From Minisyncoccota bacterium (lineage in GTDB: Bacteria; Patescibacteriota; Minisyncoccia; Phycocordibacterales; Phycocordibacteraceae): a stretch of 64,000 nt of DNA. Location: the NCBI GenBank assembly GCA_039927695.1, contig JBDSUM010000017.1, positions 1,631 through 65,630 of the forward strand, written 5' to 3'. Shown one piece after another: positions 47,289-56,634 of this stretch. The notes beneath the pieces were generated by a model. The model was not told the origin of the DNA. It saw only the letters and a program-made list of their open reading frames with translations, and made no database searches. Made by a program: the position numbers and the translations under genes. How positions within the stretch are numbered: the stretch's first letter is position 1; each line of letters begins with the position of its first letter.

Positions 47289-48239
47289 ATGCGTCGCTAT
47301 ATGCTCATAGCCGGCCTTATTATCATCACCGCACTCTTCTTCGGATGGAACCACTTCCATTCGATGACGGACGTGGACAACCTCGTCGTCGCGACGATGC
47401 CCTATGTCGCGGACAATGGCGACATTGTCGTTACCGGCAACCAAATGGCCAACCAGCCGCTGCCACAACCGACCGGCATCCTGCCGATCTGGCTCTGGCT
47501 GCTCGCCATGGCAGTCTGGTACTTCCTCTGCTGGATCAACATCGTGAACGAATGGGAGCGCCGCCCGGTGCTGCTGTTCGGCCGCTATGTGAAGACGCTC
47601 GGCGCAGGCCTCGGCTTCGTCGAACCAATCTTCTACAGCACCCTCGACGACGTGCCCGTTCAGGACATCGTCATCGAGGTCGAGGTGCCCGAGGTTCAGA
47701 CCAAGGACAACGTGGGTATCGCCCTCACCGGCGTTCTCACATATCGCATTAGCGAAGATCGGGTCAAGGACTCGGTCGTCCAGGTCGAAGACGTCTATGA
47801 CAGCGTGCTGGAGCGTTCCTTCTCCACGCTCACCGACGTCGCCGCGACCAACGAGCTCGACCAGCTTCTCGAACATCGTGACGCGTTCTGCATTGCCATC
47901 ATGGCGAAGCTTGCAGAACGGGTCGCTGGCTGGGGCGTGGTGGTCAACGCGTTCGAGCTGAAGTCCTTCAGCATCAACGACGAAGCGGTCGAGCAGGCAA
48001 TCGCCATGAAAGCTCGAGCCGCCAAGGAAGGTGCGGCCGAACTCGTTCGCGCTGAGATGCAGGAGAAGATCGCGGAGGCACTCAACAAGGCCGCCACGAC
48101 CTACACCGAAGAAGGGCGCTGGCTCAAGGGAACCGAGGTCATGCTCGAACTGTGCCGCTCTGGCCAGAACAACACGATCCTCATCCCGACGGACATCACC
48201 GAGTCGCTCGCCAAGCTGCGGCCCCTGATTTCCGGCTGA
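47289..48239 (+). CDS. SPFH/band 7 (stomatin-like) membrane protein
   Basis: IVNEWERRPVLLFGR, TKDNV, WGVVV..ELK; N-terminal TMs; visibly GC-rich. Confidence 0.88.
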   Translation: MRRYMLIAGLIIITALFFGWNHFHSMTDVDNLVVATMPYVADNGDIVVTGNQMANQPLPQPTGILPIWLWLLAMAVWYFLCWINIVNEWERRPVLLFGRYVKTLGAGLGFVEPIFYSTLDDVPVQDIVIEVEVPEVQTKDNVGIALTGVLTYRISEDRVKDSVVQVEDVYDSVLERSFSTLTDVAATNELDQLLEHRDAFCIAIMAKLAERVAGWGVVVNAFELKSFSINDEAVEQAIAMKARAAKEGAAELVRAEMQEKIAEALNKAATTYTEEGRWLKGTEVMLELCRSGQNNTILIPTDITESLAKLRPLISG

Positions 48240-48342
48240 AGCACTACCAAGATTGTTGCAAAACCTATACCCACCAGAAGTAATTCTGGTGGGTATATTC
48301 TTTTAAATCAACTCACTATCCCTATAGTTCAAGAGAATCTAT

Positions 48343-48501
48343 CTATATAGAATCTTCTTGTCCAAGAGTAATAACTTCGCCGTCATTACTCATCACTTGC
48401 TGACTTATTTCCTCAGGAGGCGCATTATCTGGTGTTTCCGGAGCTTCTACTGGTAATGCTTCTACCACGTCTGTGAAATTATCTTTTTTGTGTTCATCCA
48501 T
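48343..48501 (-). CDS. Small acidic hypothetical protein (52 aa)
   Basis: MDEHKKDNFTDVVEALPVEAPE...EDSI; not in the ORF track. Confidence 0.3.
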   Translation of the reverse strand: MDEHKKDNFTDVVEALPVEAPETPDNAPPEEISQQVMSNDGEVITLGQEDSI

Positions 48502-48760
48502 ATATTTGTAGTTTAGCACTAAAGCTTTACTTCAAAACTAGCTTCTTCGCGCTCTCTTGCCATAAAATCCCGTACTTCCTCGTTCCATAACTGAATAGGC
48601 TGATAGTTGGCATAAATGACTCCAAATAGTTCAAGTGAAGTACTCTCATGCCGACCAATTGTGTTCTCTTTAGAAAAAAGAAAACCGCCTCTTACGAAGC
48701 GGTTGGATAGTTTTGTTTCTGTTGCCAAGCGGGGTATCAGCCCGCTCCGATGTCCAGATG

Positions 48761-49369
48761 TTACTCCGGAACGCTCTCCATGAACTTCTGGAAAGACTGA
48801 CAGATGTTCCTCTTGGTGAGGGAATCTGAGCCAATCTCTCCAGTTGCCCACTTTTGAGTCGCGACTATCACATCCTCATATCCGAGCCAGCCTTCTCGGC
48901 GATCGGATTGACGAAGAATAGTCCGGTGTACACCCTCGATGGCATAGCCAGTGAACTTCTGTTCACTAACCATGTTCACGCAGAGGATTTTCCGTACGGG
49001 AATTCGCACACGCTTGGGCGAATTCTCATACGTGTACACATCTGACTCAAAGCGCGCTGTCACCGCTATCTTCTCGGGGTAGAAATCCGACATCGGATTC
49101 TTCCCATCGAAAATGGTGTGCCTGGACACCACTTTCTGTGAAGATTTATGGTCATACGCGTAGAGAACGGCCTCTTTCCGAACACCACCAGTCGACCCCC
49201 ACGAACTCTCGAACGCGAGAATGAAGGTGGTGTTCAGAAAGGGCACATACAGGGTGTCCACTACTATGGAACTGTCGCCGATATGGACATGGTAGTCCAC
49301 CAGCAACGTTCCCTTGTCGTGGATCTTGACCCAGGAATGGGCCTCGGCGATCTGGCTCTGTTGGGTCAT
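48761..49369 (-). CDS. Hypothetical protein divergent from a TrmB regulator
   Basis: GAAGGAG SD; 202-aa ORF. Confidence 0.7.
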   Translation of the reverse strand: MTQQSQIAEAHSWVKIHDKGTLLVDYHVHIGDSSIVVDTLYVPFLNTTFILAFESSWGSTGGVRKEAVLYAYDHKSSQKVVSRHTIFDGKNPMSDFYPEKIAVTARFESDVYTYENSPKRVRIPVRKILCVNMVSEQKFTGYAIEGVHRTILRQSDRREGWLGYEDVIVATQKWATGEIGSDSLTKRNICQSFQKFMESVPE

Positions 49370-49597
49370 GGCTATTCTCCTTCAGGAAGCGAGGCAGGAT
49401 TGCCTCAAGCGAAGTCAATGTCCTTTGAATCTGAGAACACTATACTTAGCTTGGAGCTAATTGTCAAGTATAAAGACAATTAATATGACTATATATTGAT
49501 TAATATAAGACATAAAATAAAGCATATTCGCACATATTCATCCATTTATCATCAAAAATATTGACTAAATAATGATATTGCCTATATACTTACTTAT

Positions 49598-50344
49598 ATG
49601 GATATTTCCGAATCTCTCGCTACGCTTGGGTTGAATGAGAAACAATCAGCGATCTATGTAGCACTGCTTCAACTGGGGCGGGGAAGTGCATACTCGATTG
49701 CAGACAAGGCAGGTATTAAAAGACCAACTGCATATGTGATTCTTGGTGAGCTTTTTGAAAAAGGTTTGGTATCTCAAGTGCCGCGTGTTCGTAAGAAGCT
49801 GTACGTTGCTGTGTCACCAGAACAAGCTTTTGCCTCTGCAGATGAGAAACTCACACTTGCAAAGGAAAAACTGCCTGAGCTGCTTGCGATGACAAAGGGA
49901 GCTGATTCGAAAGTCAGCGTACTTTTCTTTGAAGGCATAAAGGGGATAAAGCAGGTAATGGAATATAAGCGTGACGAAGATAAGGGAAAGGAGTTCGTTG
50001 GTTTCTACGCCACGAGTGCGAATGTGCCAAAAGAACTGACTGAGTACTTTGACGAGTGGAATGAAAAGAATCGCAGGAGAAAGATTACTATGCGCGGTAT
50101 CGTGCCTGACCACGATTCGCTTGAACAATACCGAGAGAACGATGAGCGACACGGTCGTCGCATGAAAGTAGTTTCTCACAGCGAATTATCGTCAGAAGTA
50201 GCAATTGATATTTCTGAGAGAATCGTGCGTATCCATGACTATAAGAACCTGCAGGGAATTGCCATTGAGAATGCTGATGTCGCGAAAACATTGCGTGAAG
50301 TATTTGAGATGTTATGGAGTCGTATCCCTGATCAAAAGCTATAG
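49598..50344 (+). CDS. TrmB family transcriptional regulator
   Basis: LGLNEKQSAIYVALLQLG..IADKAGIKRPTAY wHTH; FFEGIKGIK. Confidence 0.9.
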   Translation: MDISESLATLGLNEKQSAIYVALLQLGRGSAYSIADKAGIKRPTAYVILGELFEKGLVSQVPRVRKKLYVAVSPEQAFASADEKLTLAKEKLPELLAMTKGADSKVSVLFFEGIKGIKQVMEYKRDEDKGKEFVGFYATSANVPKELTEYFDEWNEKNRRRKITMRGIVPDHDSLEQYRENDERHGRRMKVVSHSELSSEVAIDISERIVRIHDYKNLQGIAIENADVAKTLREVFEMLWSRIPDQKL

Positions 50345-50381
50345 GCAAGTTGAGGCAATATATGGTATCCTCGCTTCTGAA

Positions 50382-50455
50382 GCGGGATTAGTTTAATGGT
50401 AGAACTACAGTTTTCCAAACTGTTAGCAGGAGTTCGATTCTCCTATCCCGCACCA
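50382..50455 (+). tRNA. tRNA-Gly(TCC)
   Basis: GCGGGAT/ATCCCGC-ACCA; anticodon arm ACAGT-TTTCCAA-ACTGT. Confidence 0.95.
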
Positions 50456-50485
50456 AATAGGAATTAGGTATGATGCGATATACTG

Positions 50486-50845
50486 ATGAGCATGGAATCT
50501 AATCCGCTTAATAAGGCGCCAAAACAAGCGAGTCCTGAAAAGGGTCTCTCGCCTGAAGGTCTCCAGGTTTTGCGGGACGCTGTACCCGTTCTTCAAGCGC
50601 GAATGGCACTAATTGATCGCAAAGACCAAGAGGGGACTTCTGAGAGCGATAATGAGAACTACGATCGCAATGATCCGCAACGACAAGAAGCACTTATGAA
50701 TTGGGCGACTGGTGGTATGGCTGCAAAATTTCGAGACTACGTTGAAGACCCATTACACGCGACTGAAACTATAAATCCCGATAATCCGGAAGAACTCAGA
50801 GCTCTTTTGCAGAAACTGCGAAGTGAATCAGATACTATGCACTAG
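50486..50845 (+). CDS. Hypothetical protein
   Basis: 119-aa charged ORF after the tRNA. Confidence 0.6.
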   Translation: MSMESNPLNKAPKQASPEKGLSPEGLQVLRDAVPVLQARMALIDRKDQEGTSESDNENYDRNDPQRQEALMNWATGGMAAKFRDYVEDPLHATETINPDNPEELRALLQKLRSESDTMH

Positions 50846-50928
50846 AGTATTAAATGTTTGGATACAGAAACAAAAGAGCGACCTGCTGTCGCTCTTTTGT
50901 TTTGTCGCGAGAGGCGTACAATTTTTGT

Positions 50929-52134
50929 ATGGAACCCCTCGCATCTCGTCTACGTCCGAAATCCCTCAACGACTTCGTTGGGCAAGAACACCTTGTTGGA
51001 GAAGGGAAGCCACTTCGCGTTGCTATAGAGAAGAAGCATCTGTTCTCATTCGTCCTGTGGGGGCCTCCAGGCACCGGTAAGACCACTATCGCCCGAATAT
51101 ACGCCAATGCCCTAGATGCAGAGCTACACGAGCTCTCAGCGGTTTCTGCAGGGAAAGAAGACATACGTAGAATCGTAGAAGGAGACGCTCCAAAGAGTCG
51201 TAGCAAGAAGGCTGAGCAAGTACCATTTGAGTCAGATGCTTTTCGTGGCAAACCAAAACTATTGTTCCTCGACGAAATTCATCGTTTCAATAAAAGCCAG
51301 CAGGATTTCTTACTTCCATACGTTGAGAGCGGTGTACTCACACTTATAGGAGCAACTACAGAGAACCCTTCGTTTGAGATTATCCCAGCGCTCCTTTCTC
51401 GCAGTCGAGTTTTTGTACTTGAACCACTTGGTGAGGAAGCACTCCGAGCAATTCTAAAGCGCGCGAAACTTAAACTCGGCAAAGATGCATTTGAATGGCT
51501 TCTTGGGTATGGAAATGGCGACGCGCGTAAAGTACTCACACTTTTGGATAGTGTGATGGAGTTGTACGGAAAGATTACCGTCGAGACGCTTAATAAAGCT
51601 CTTGAGTCACCGCACCTGCGTTACGACAAGAAAGGTGACGAACACTACGATACTATCTCTGCATTTATTAAAAGCATGCGCGCATCGCAACCAGACGCTG
51701 CGGTCTATTATCTTGCACGCATGGTTGAAGCTGGTGAAGACCCGCTATTTATTGCACGACGTATGGTTATCTTCGCGTCTGAAGACATAGGGCTCGCACA
51801 ACCAACGGCACTCGTTGTAGCAAACGCAGTCTTCCGCGCATGTGAGACTATTGGTTACCCCGAGTGCGCAATAAATCTCGCGCATGGTGTCGCGTACCTC
51901 GCTAACTGCAAGAAGACGAAGTCAGCATATGAAGCATTGCGCGCTGCTCAGGCAGACATTCGTACGTATGGTAACCTCCCGATCCCAAAGAAGATTCGTA
52001 ATGCTCCTACTAAACTTATGAAAGAACTGGAGTATGGAAAGGGGTATGAGCGATACGATGATGAAAGTTATATGCCCGATAAGTTGAAGAACAAGAAATA
52101 TTTTCCTGATACAAAAGAAAACCGCGTCGACTAG
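50929..52134 (+). CDS. rarA: Replication-associated recombination protein RarA/MgsA
   Basis: [46 protein letters not shown]. Confidence 0.95.
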   Translation: MEPLASRLRPKSLNDFVGQEHLVGEGKPLRVAIEKKHLFSFVLWGPPGTGKTTIARIYANALDAELHELSAVSAGKEDIRRIVEGDAPKSRSKKAEQVPFESDAFRGKPKLLFLDEIHRFNKSQQDFLLPYVESGVLTLIGATTENPSFEIIPALLSRSRVFVLEPLGEEALRAILKRAKLKLGKDAFEWLLGYGNGDARKVLTLLDSVMELYGKITVETLNKALESPHLRYDKKGDEHYDTISAFIKSMRASQPDAAVYYLARMVEAGEDPLFIARRMVIFASEDIGLAQPTALVVANAVFRACETIGYPECAINLAHGVAYLANCKKTKSAYEALRAAQADIRTYGNLPIPKKIRNAPTKLMKELEYGKGYERYDDESYMPDKLKNKKYFPDTKENRVD

Positions 52135-52158
52135 CGACGCGGCAGATATTCGAGGGGC

Positions 52159-52563
52159 TTACCCAGGTACGGAAATCGAGAGTTGCGGATCGTCGTCAGT
52201 GCTCGTATAGATACCGTCCTCAATCATGACCGTGTAAGGAGCTGCGATCGAAAGATGAGGGGTCATTGGAGGCACAACGATGCGATCACCAGTTGAAACT
52301 GCATATTCACCTGTTTCGTCCCGAAATATCCCATGACCGGCGGTAACCAGAACTATGGTCATGCCGGCGTGCATATGTAGGTGGTCTTCGGTATCACGTA
52401 CTTCGATCCGTACGATGTGACTCACCAGCTGCTTGCCAGTCCTTGCAGCGGCTTCTGCAAGCGCGCTCAAGACTTGAGTTGGGTAATGGAACGAATGCGA
52501 TTCTTCCGAACCCACAAAATGCTTAGTGTATTCGCCTGGACGAATGATTAGACACTGGGGCAT
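52159..52563 (-). CDS. Cupin domain protein
   Basis: HLHMH..T.VLV..G.G and GDRIVVPPMTPH motifs. Confidence 0.75.
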   Translation of the reverse strand: MPQCLIIRPGEYTKHFVGSEESHSFHYPTQVLSALAEAAARTGKQLVSHIVRIEVRDTEDHLHMHAGMTIVLVTAGHGIFRDETGEYAVSTGDRIVVPPMTPHLSIAAPYTVMIEDGIYTSTDDDPQLSISVPG

Positions 52564-52659
52564 ACATTTCTCCTGTTTTCCTATCAGCCACCGAGATTTC
52601 AGTGGCTGAATAAGAAGGGCGACTACAGCTAGGTCGCCCTCAGGTCAGGTCAAGTACAA

Positions 52660-53064
52660 TCACTTGATCTTCATAACGTTAAAGATTCTGCCGACCTGCA
52701 CGAAACCTTTGTCGCCGGCCTCTTGTGCAAGCTGATGTAGTTGCCGGTACTCGGCAATGGGTTTTTCGGACTCTACTTCTAGGGTGATCGGAGATTCCGC
52801 TCCTCGCGTATCCCAGCCAGAAGCAAAGACCCAGTACGAACCGCCGAGATCAGATTCTTTTTCGAACTCCCATACCGAGATCAATTCCACATCGTCTGCC
52901 ATGTCTCCGCCTTCTTCAGCGCTATAAGCAGACAGAGCAAGATACTTGAAACCCTGTACAGTGATTGGTTCTCGGAGCCAGTGCTGGACAACTTCAAGGC
53001 TATACATGTCATGCCGTACATTGCCCTTGTACGGGATTATCGTTGCAAGAAAGCGAGTTGCCAT
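52660..53064 (-). CDS. Hypothetical protein
   Basis: AGGAG SD before ATG 53064. Confidence 0.6.
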   Translation of the reverse strand: MATRFLATIIPYKGNVRHDMYSLEVVQHWLREPITVQGFKYLALSAYSAEEGGDMADDVELISVWEFEKESDLGGSYWVFASGWDTRGAESPITLEVESEKPIAEYRQLHQLAQEAGDKGFVQVGRIFNVMKIK

Positions 53065-53114
53065 TGGAATTCTCCTAAATGCATTTCTTCGATCTGGAAG
53101 CAGCGTGGCCCCTG

Positions 53115-53528
53115 TCACAACAGAGGGGCGAGACGCGGATATTTTCTCTTGAATCGAAGATAGGCGTGACGCTTTTCGCGATCCAGAAGACATTGCAGCC
53201 GATTAATCCTTGCCTTGACCCAGATTGCGATTAACAATATTGCACTCAAGAGAAATATGAACGCATATACTCCTGGAAATCCGCCCAGCATTCGTTGGAA
53301 TATTCCTAAGGTGGCAAACCACCCAACGAATAGTGGAGAATAGGCAAGAGTCTGCAATATTCCCTGATGATAGTGAGCCGGCCCTCTCGGATAGTTTCTC
53401 CACAGAAACTGCGCAGTGGCTCGCGCGGCAATTCTTTCGCGAACGACTCTCCTATAAAGGTCAGGATCACCCATTTGACGCGCCCACGCGTCTGGCATCA
53501 GATAGGTATACATATTTAATTCCTTCAT
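53115..53528 (-). CDS. Hypothetical membrane protein divergent from a TrmB regulator
   Basis: Two hydrophobic segments; first gene of a same-strand run. Confidence 0.55.
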   Translation of the reverse strand: MKELNMYTYLMPDAWARQMGDPDLYRRVVRERIAARATAQFLWRNYPRGPAHYHQGILQTLAYSPLFVGWFATLGIFQRMLGGFPGVYAFIFLLSAILLIAIWVKARINRLQCLLDREKRHAYLRFKRKYPRLAPLL

Positions 53529-53626
53529 AAATCAAAGAACCCGTTTATCTTGAATCATTTTTATGATTTGTCAAAATATGTCGAACAATTGTTGACAAAG
53601 ATTCGACAACATACTAGCGTAAAGGA

Positions 53627-54385
53627 ATGGATGAGCAATTACTTACTTCTCTGGGACTCAATGAGCGAGAAATTAAGCTATATCGAGCGGTATTAGGAGC
53701 TAAAGAACTTACACCTATTGAATTGGCAAAGAATGCGGGTATTAAAAGAACAACAGCTTACAGTGCTGCACGTTCCTTGGTGGAGAAAGGATTACTTATC
53801 GAAGATTCAAGTAGGCGTCCTAAAGTCTTTCGGCCGTCCATGCCAGAGGACATAAATATTACAATTGAAACTGAACGCAAACGTTCTGAAGAAAGACAGC
53901 AAATTTTAAAACAACTTTCTGAAAACGTTGCGGTGGCAAATCAACAAGTCACATATCCGATTCCGCGCATTAAATTTATAGAGGGTTCAAAACTAGAGCA
54001 ATACTTTAAGCAAGCGTTTCCGCTTTGGATTCAAAGCATGGAGGATTCAGGTGACTATGGGTTATGGGGATTTCAGGACTCAACCCTTGTTGACGTGTTT
54101 GAAAATCAATTACATCGGTGGTGGAAAATCGTTCCTGCTGAATCTGAAGTCTACCTCCTAACAAATCTTTCAGGAGGAGAGAAACGATTTAAGGGACAAT
54201 ATGAGAGAAGGCATATGAAATATTGGGGAGAAGCTACTGATTTTATTTCCAGTACCTGGGTCGCGGGCGATTATATGGTTATCATTAACACACGAACCAA
54301 ACCTTTCTACGCGATAGAAATACATTCACGACCGTTAGCACACGACCAACGCGAAGTATTTAGAAACTTGTGGCCTTTGGTGTAA
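53627..54385 (+). CDS. TrmB family transcriptional regulator
   Basis: LGLNEREIKLY..LAKNAGIKRTTAY wHTH; PRIKFIEG; REVFRNLW. Confidence 0.9.
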   Translation: MDEQLLTSLGLNEREIKLYRAVLGAKELTPIELAKNAGIKRTTAYSAARSLVEKGLLIEDSSRRPKVFRPSMPEDINITIETERKRSEERQQILKQLSENVAVANQQVTYPIPRIKFIEGSKLEQYFKQAFPLWIQSMEDSGDYGLWGFQDSTLVDVFENQLHRWWKIVPAESEVYLLTNLSGGEKRFKGQYERRHMKYWGEATDFISSTWVAGDYMVIINTRTKPFYAIEIHSRPLAHDQREVFRNLWPLV

Positions 54386-54389
54386 GTCT

Positions 54390-54977
54390 CTAACGAATTT
54401 CCCGCTTAAGCGATTCGATTTCACTTTCCATTTTCCGTATATCTGTCTGAAGAGTCCTTGCTTCTCGCTCATGTTCTTCTAAGCGTCTCGAGGCAGCTCG
54501 CTCTTCTTCTTCCGCTGCAGAGTGACTGCGTTCGTCATTTCTACTCAAATCTTCCAGAACCCTTTTGTGTTGCTTGAGCTCATCTTCTGCGCGTTGTTCA
54601 CTACGTTCAGTTTCTTCAAGCTGTCTCGTTAAATCTTTCTTAATCTGTTCCAATCGATCACGATTTGCCTGAAGGTCGCGTACAGAACGTTCTTCAACAG
54701 TTCTTTTGTCGCTTGTTCCGGCGCGTAGAGTACGTTTTGCTGCTGCAATACGATCTTTAAGTCGAGGGGATTCGGTTTCTATCGCGCGAAGATCAATCTG
54801 CTTGCGGTCGAGGTCGCGTTTTATGCGAGTCATCTGATCTTGAGCTGCGCGAGCTCGCTGTTCTTTACGCTCTTTCTGTTGCGCTTCCTGACGCATCTTG
54901 AAGACTTCTTCATCGCGTTTGCGTTCTGCAGCAAGCTTGGCTGCGCTGTCTCCAAGAAGTGGGTTCGGGGTGCTCAT
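54390..54977 (-). CDS. Coiled-coil protein
   Basis: E/R/K/Q-rich heptads throughout. Confidence 0.7.
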   Translation of the reverse strand: MSTPNPLLGDSAAKLAAERKRDEEVFKMRQEAQQKERKEQRARAAQDQMTRIKRDLDRKQIDLRAIETESPRLKDRIAAAKRTLRAGTSDKRTVEERSVRDLQANRDRLEQIKKDLTRQLEETERSEQRAEDELKQHKRVLEDLSRNDERSHSAAEEEERAASRRLEEHEREARTLQTDIRKMESEIESLKREIR

Positions 54978-55034
54978 ATAGGTACATGCTAGCACGCAGT
55001 TTGGTGTGGCTCTGCTATTGGGTATACTTCTGGA

Positions 55035-55595
55035 ATGACTATTGGAATCATGGGTGCTCGCGGTAGCTTCTCAGAAGAAGCGGCACGTAAATATATGCAA
55101 AAGGAGGGCATAGAGTCTGAAATTGCTTTTTTAATATCTGCAGAGAATGTTTTGACTGCACTTGAAGCTGGAGAGATAGACTGCGGCATATTCCCAATCG
55201 AGAACAGTAACGGCGGCATTGTTATCGAAGCAGTGTACGCAATGGCAAAGCATAGATTTACCGTTGAGAAATTATTTGAAATAGACGTACACCAGAACTT
55301 GCTTGTTGCACCAGGAGTGAATGCTGATCAGATCACGGCGATAACTTCACATGACCAGGCACTTAAGCAGTGCCGTATGTATTTGAAGCGTAAGTGGCCT
55401 GGTGTTGAATTAACGGAGTACGCAGATACGGCAAAAGCTGCTGAAGATATCGCAAATGGCACGCTTCCAAAAACAACAGCCGCGATAGCATCACGCGTGG
55501 CAGCAGAGATATATGGACTCGATATTCTTGAGGAAAGTATTCAAGACCTAAAGTTTAATTACACGAGTTTCGTTGTAGCCGTACCGTTCGTTTAA
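55035..55595 (+). CDS. pheA: Stand-alone prephenate dehydratase catalytic domain (no ACT domain)
   Basis: GARGSFSEEAA, PIENSNGG, SHDQALKQC, IQD..FNYTSF. Confidence 0.8.
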   Translation: MTIGIMGARGSFSEEAARKYMQKEGIESEIAFLISAENVLTALEAGEIDCGIFPIENSNGGIVIEAVYAMAKHRFTVEKLFEIDVHQNLLVAPGVNADQITAITSHDQALKQCRMYLKRKWPGVELTEYADTAKAAEDIANGTLPKTTAAIASRVAAEIYGLDILEESIQDLKFNYTSFVVAVPFV

Positions 55596-55615
55596 ATAGT
55601 GGTACCCTAATAGAC

Positions 55616-55780
55616 ATGGAACACATCACCGTCTCACACCAAGATTTATTCGGCACTCTCTGGGCTATCGGCTGGCTCTTCAGTATTGGCTATTTGAAGC
55701 TTTCATTCTGGAGAGGAGTACTCGCACTTATCATTTGGCCATATTACATAGGCGTAAAGATTCGCGAAATAAAAGCGTAA
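55616..55780 (+). CDS. Small membrane protein (54 aa), not in the ORF track
   Basis: GTLWAIGWLFSIGYLKLSFWRGVLALIIWPYYIG; followed by a bidirectional terminator. Confidence 0.65.
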   Translation: MEHITVSHQDLFGTLWAIGWLFSIGYLKLSFWRGVLALIIWPYYIGVKIREIKA

Positions 55781-55847
55781 GGGAACGAATAAGAAAAGGC
55801 CCCGCCGTAGGCGGGGCCTTTTCTTTAAAACGCTATATTCTTTCGAA

Positions 55848-56120
55848 TTACTTAACTGAATCCTTAAGCGCCTTTGCAGGACGGAACTTAGGAGTACGAG
55901 TTGCAGCAATCTGAATAGTCTCACCAGTACGAGGATTACGTCCTGTGCGTGCTGGGCGAGCCTTTGCAGTGAAGATACCGAGACCTGCGATCGAAACTTC
56001 ATCACCTGACTTAAGGCCAGATACGATTGATTCGATTACGCATTCAACAGCGCGATCTGCATCAGCCTTTGTTCCGCCGAGTACTTCCTGCACCTTCTCT
56101 ACGATGTTTGCTTTGTTCAT
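55848..56120 (-). CDS. hup: HU family DNA-binding protein
   Basis: MNKANIV, GLGIF, RTGRNPRTGE, PKFRPAKALKD. Confidence 0.96.
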   Translation of the reverse strand: MNKANIVEKVQEVLGGTKADADRAVECVIESIVSGLKSGDEVSIAGLGIFTAKARPARTGRNPRTGETIQIAATRTPKFRPAKALKDSVK

Positions 56121-56300
56121 ATAAACGTTTGGGGACTTGGTTACGGGTTAATCCTCCTTTCGGGGGTTATGTCACAAAGTATAGGAAATGAGCCATTTTA
56201 TGCAATAGGCAAGAAATGGGGCAGGGGATAGCGAAAATTCATTGACATAGACCTAATTTAGACGCATTCTTTCTCTTGAATCACGCAGAGGAGAAGGTAA

Positions 56301-56588
56301 ATGATTTGTGTATATGCGCTAATCGCTGGGGTATTCGTCTTCGTGGTTACATTGTTCCTTTCCAAACGTGTCATGTGGCATTTCGGCACGCTGAGTAGAC
56401 GTATTACAAACGTTATAGCGTTGCTCTACGCGCTAGCATCAATGTTCGGAATCCTGGGGCTATTCGCTCGGGCATATCCGAATGAATTCGGGCCGAATTA
56501 TATATTGTTCGCGTTCTTGGCGTTCATGATCGGCTTTCATATCTTGTTGTTCTATACGCGCACACGCGTGCCCGTACCCAAGATATAA
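56301..56588 (+). CDS. Hypothetical 3-TM protein
   Basis: TTGACA promoter, GAGGAG SD, terminator. Confidence 0.6.
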   Translation: MICVYALIAGVFVFVVTLFLSKRVMWHFGTLSRRITNVIALLYALASMFGILGLFARAYPNEFGPNYILFAFLAFMIGFHILLFYTRTRVPVPKI

Positions 56589-56634
56589 CAAAATCCCCGC
56601 GCAAGCAGGGATTTTTTCTTATCTACCTATTTAA

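Noticed and set aside
47213-48228. Long alternative-frame and antisense ORFs over the SPFH gene (similar cases at 30715..31344 and 32063..32602)
   Set aside because: Shadow ORFs of genes with a clearly recognisable product in another frame
43297-50455. Island extending from tRNA-Pro to tRNA-Gly(TCC)
   Set aside because: No direct repeat of either tRNA end was seen, so the right boundary cannot be supported
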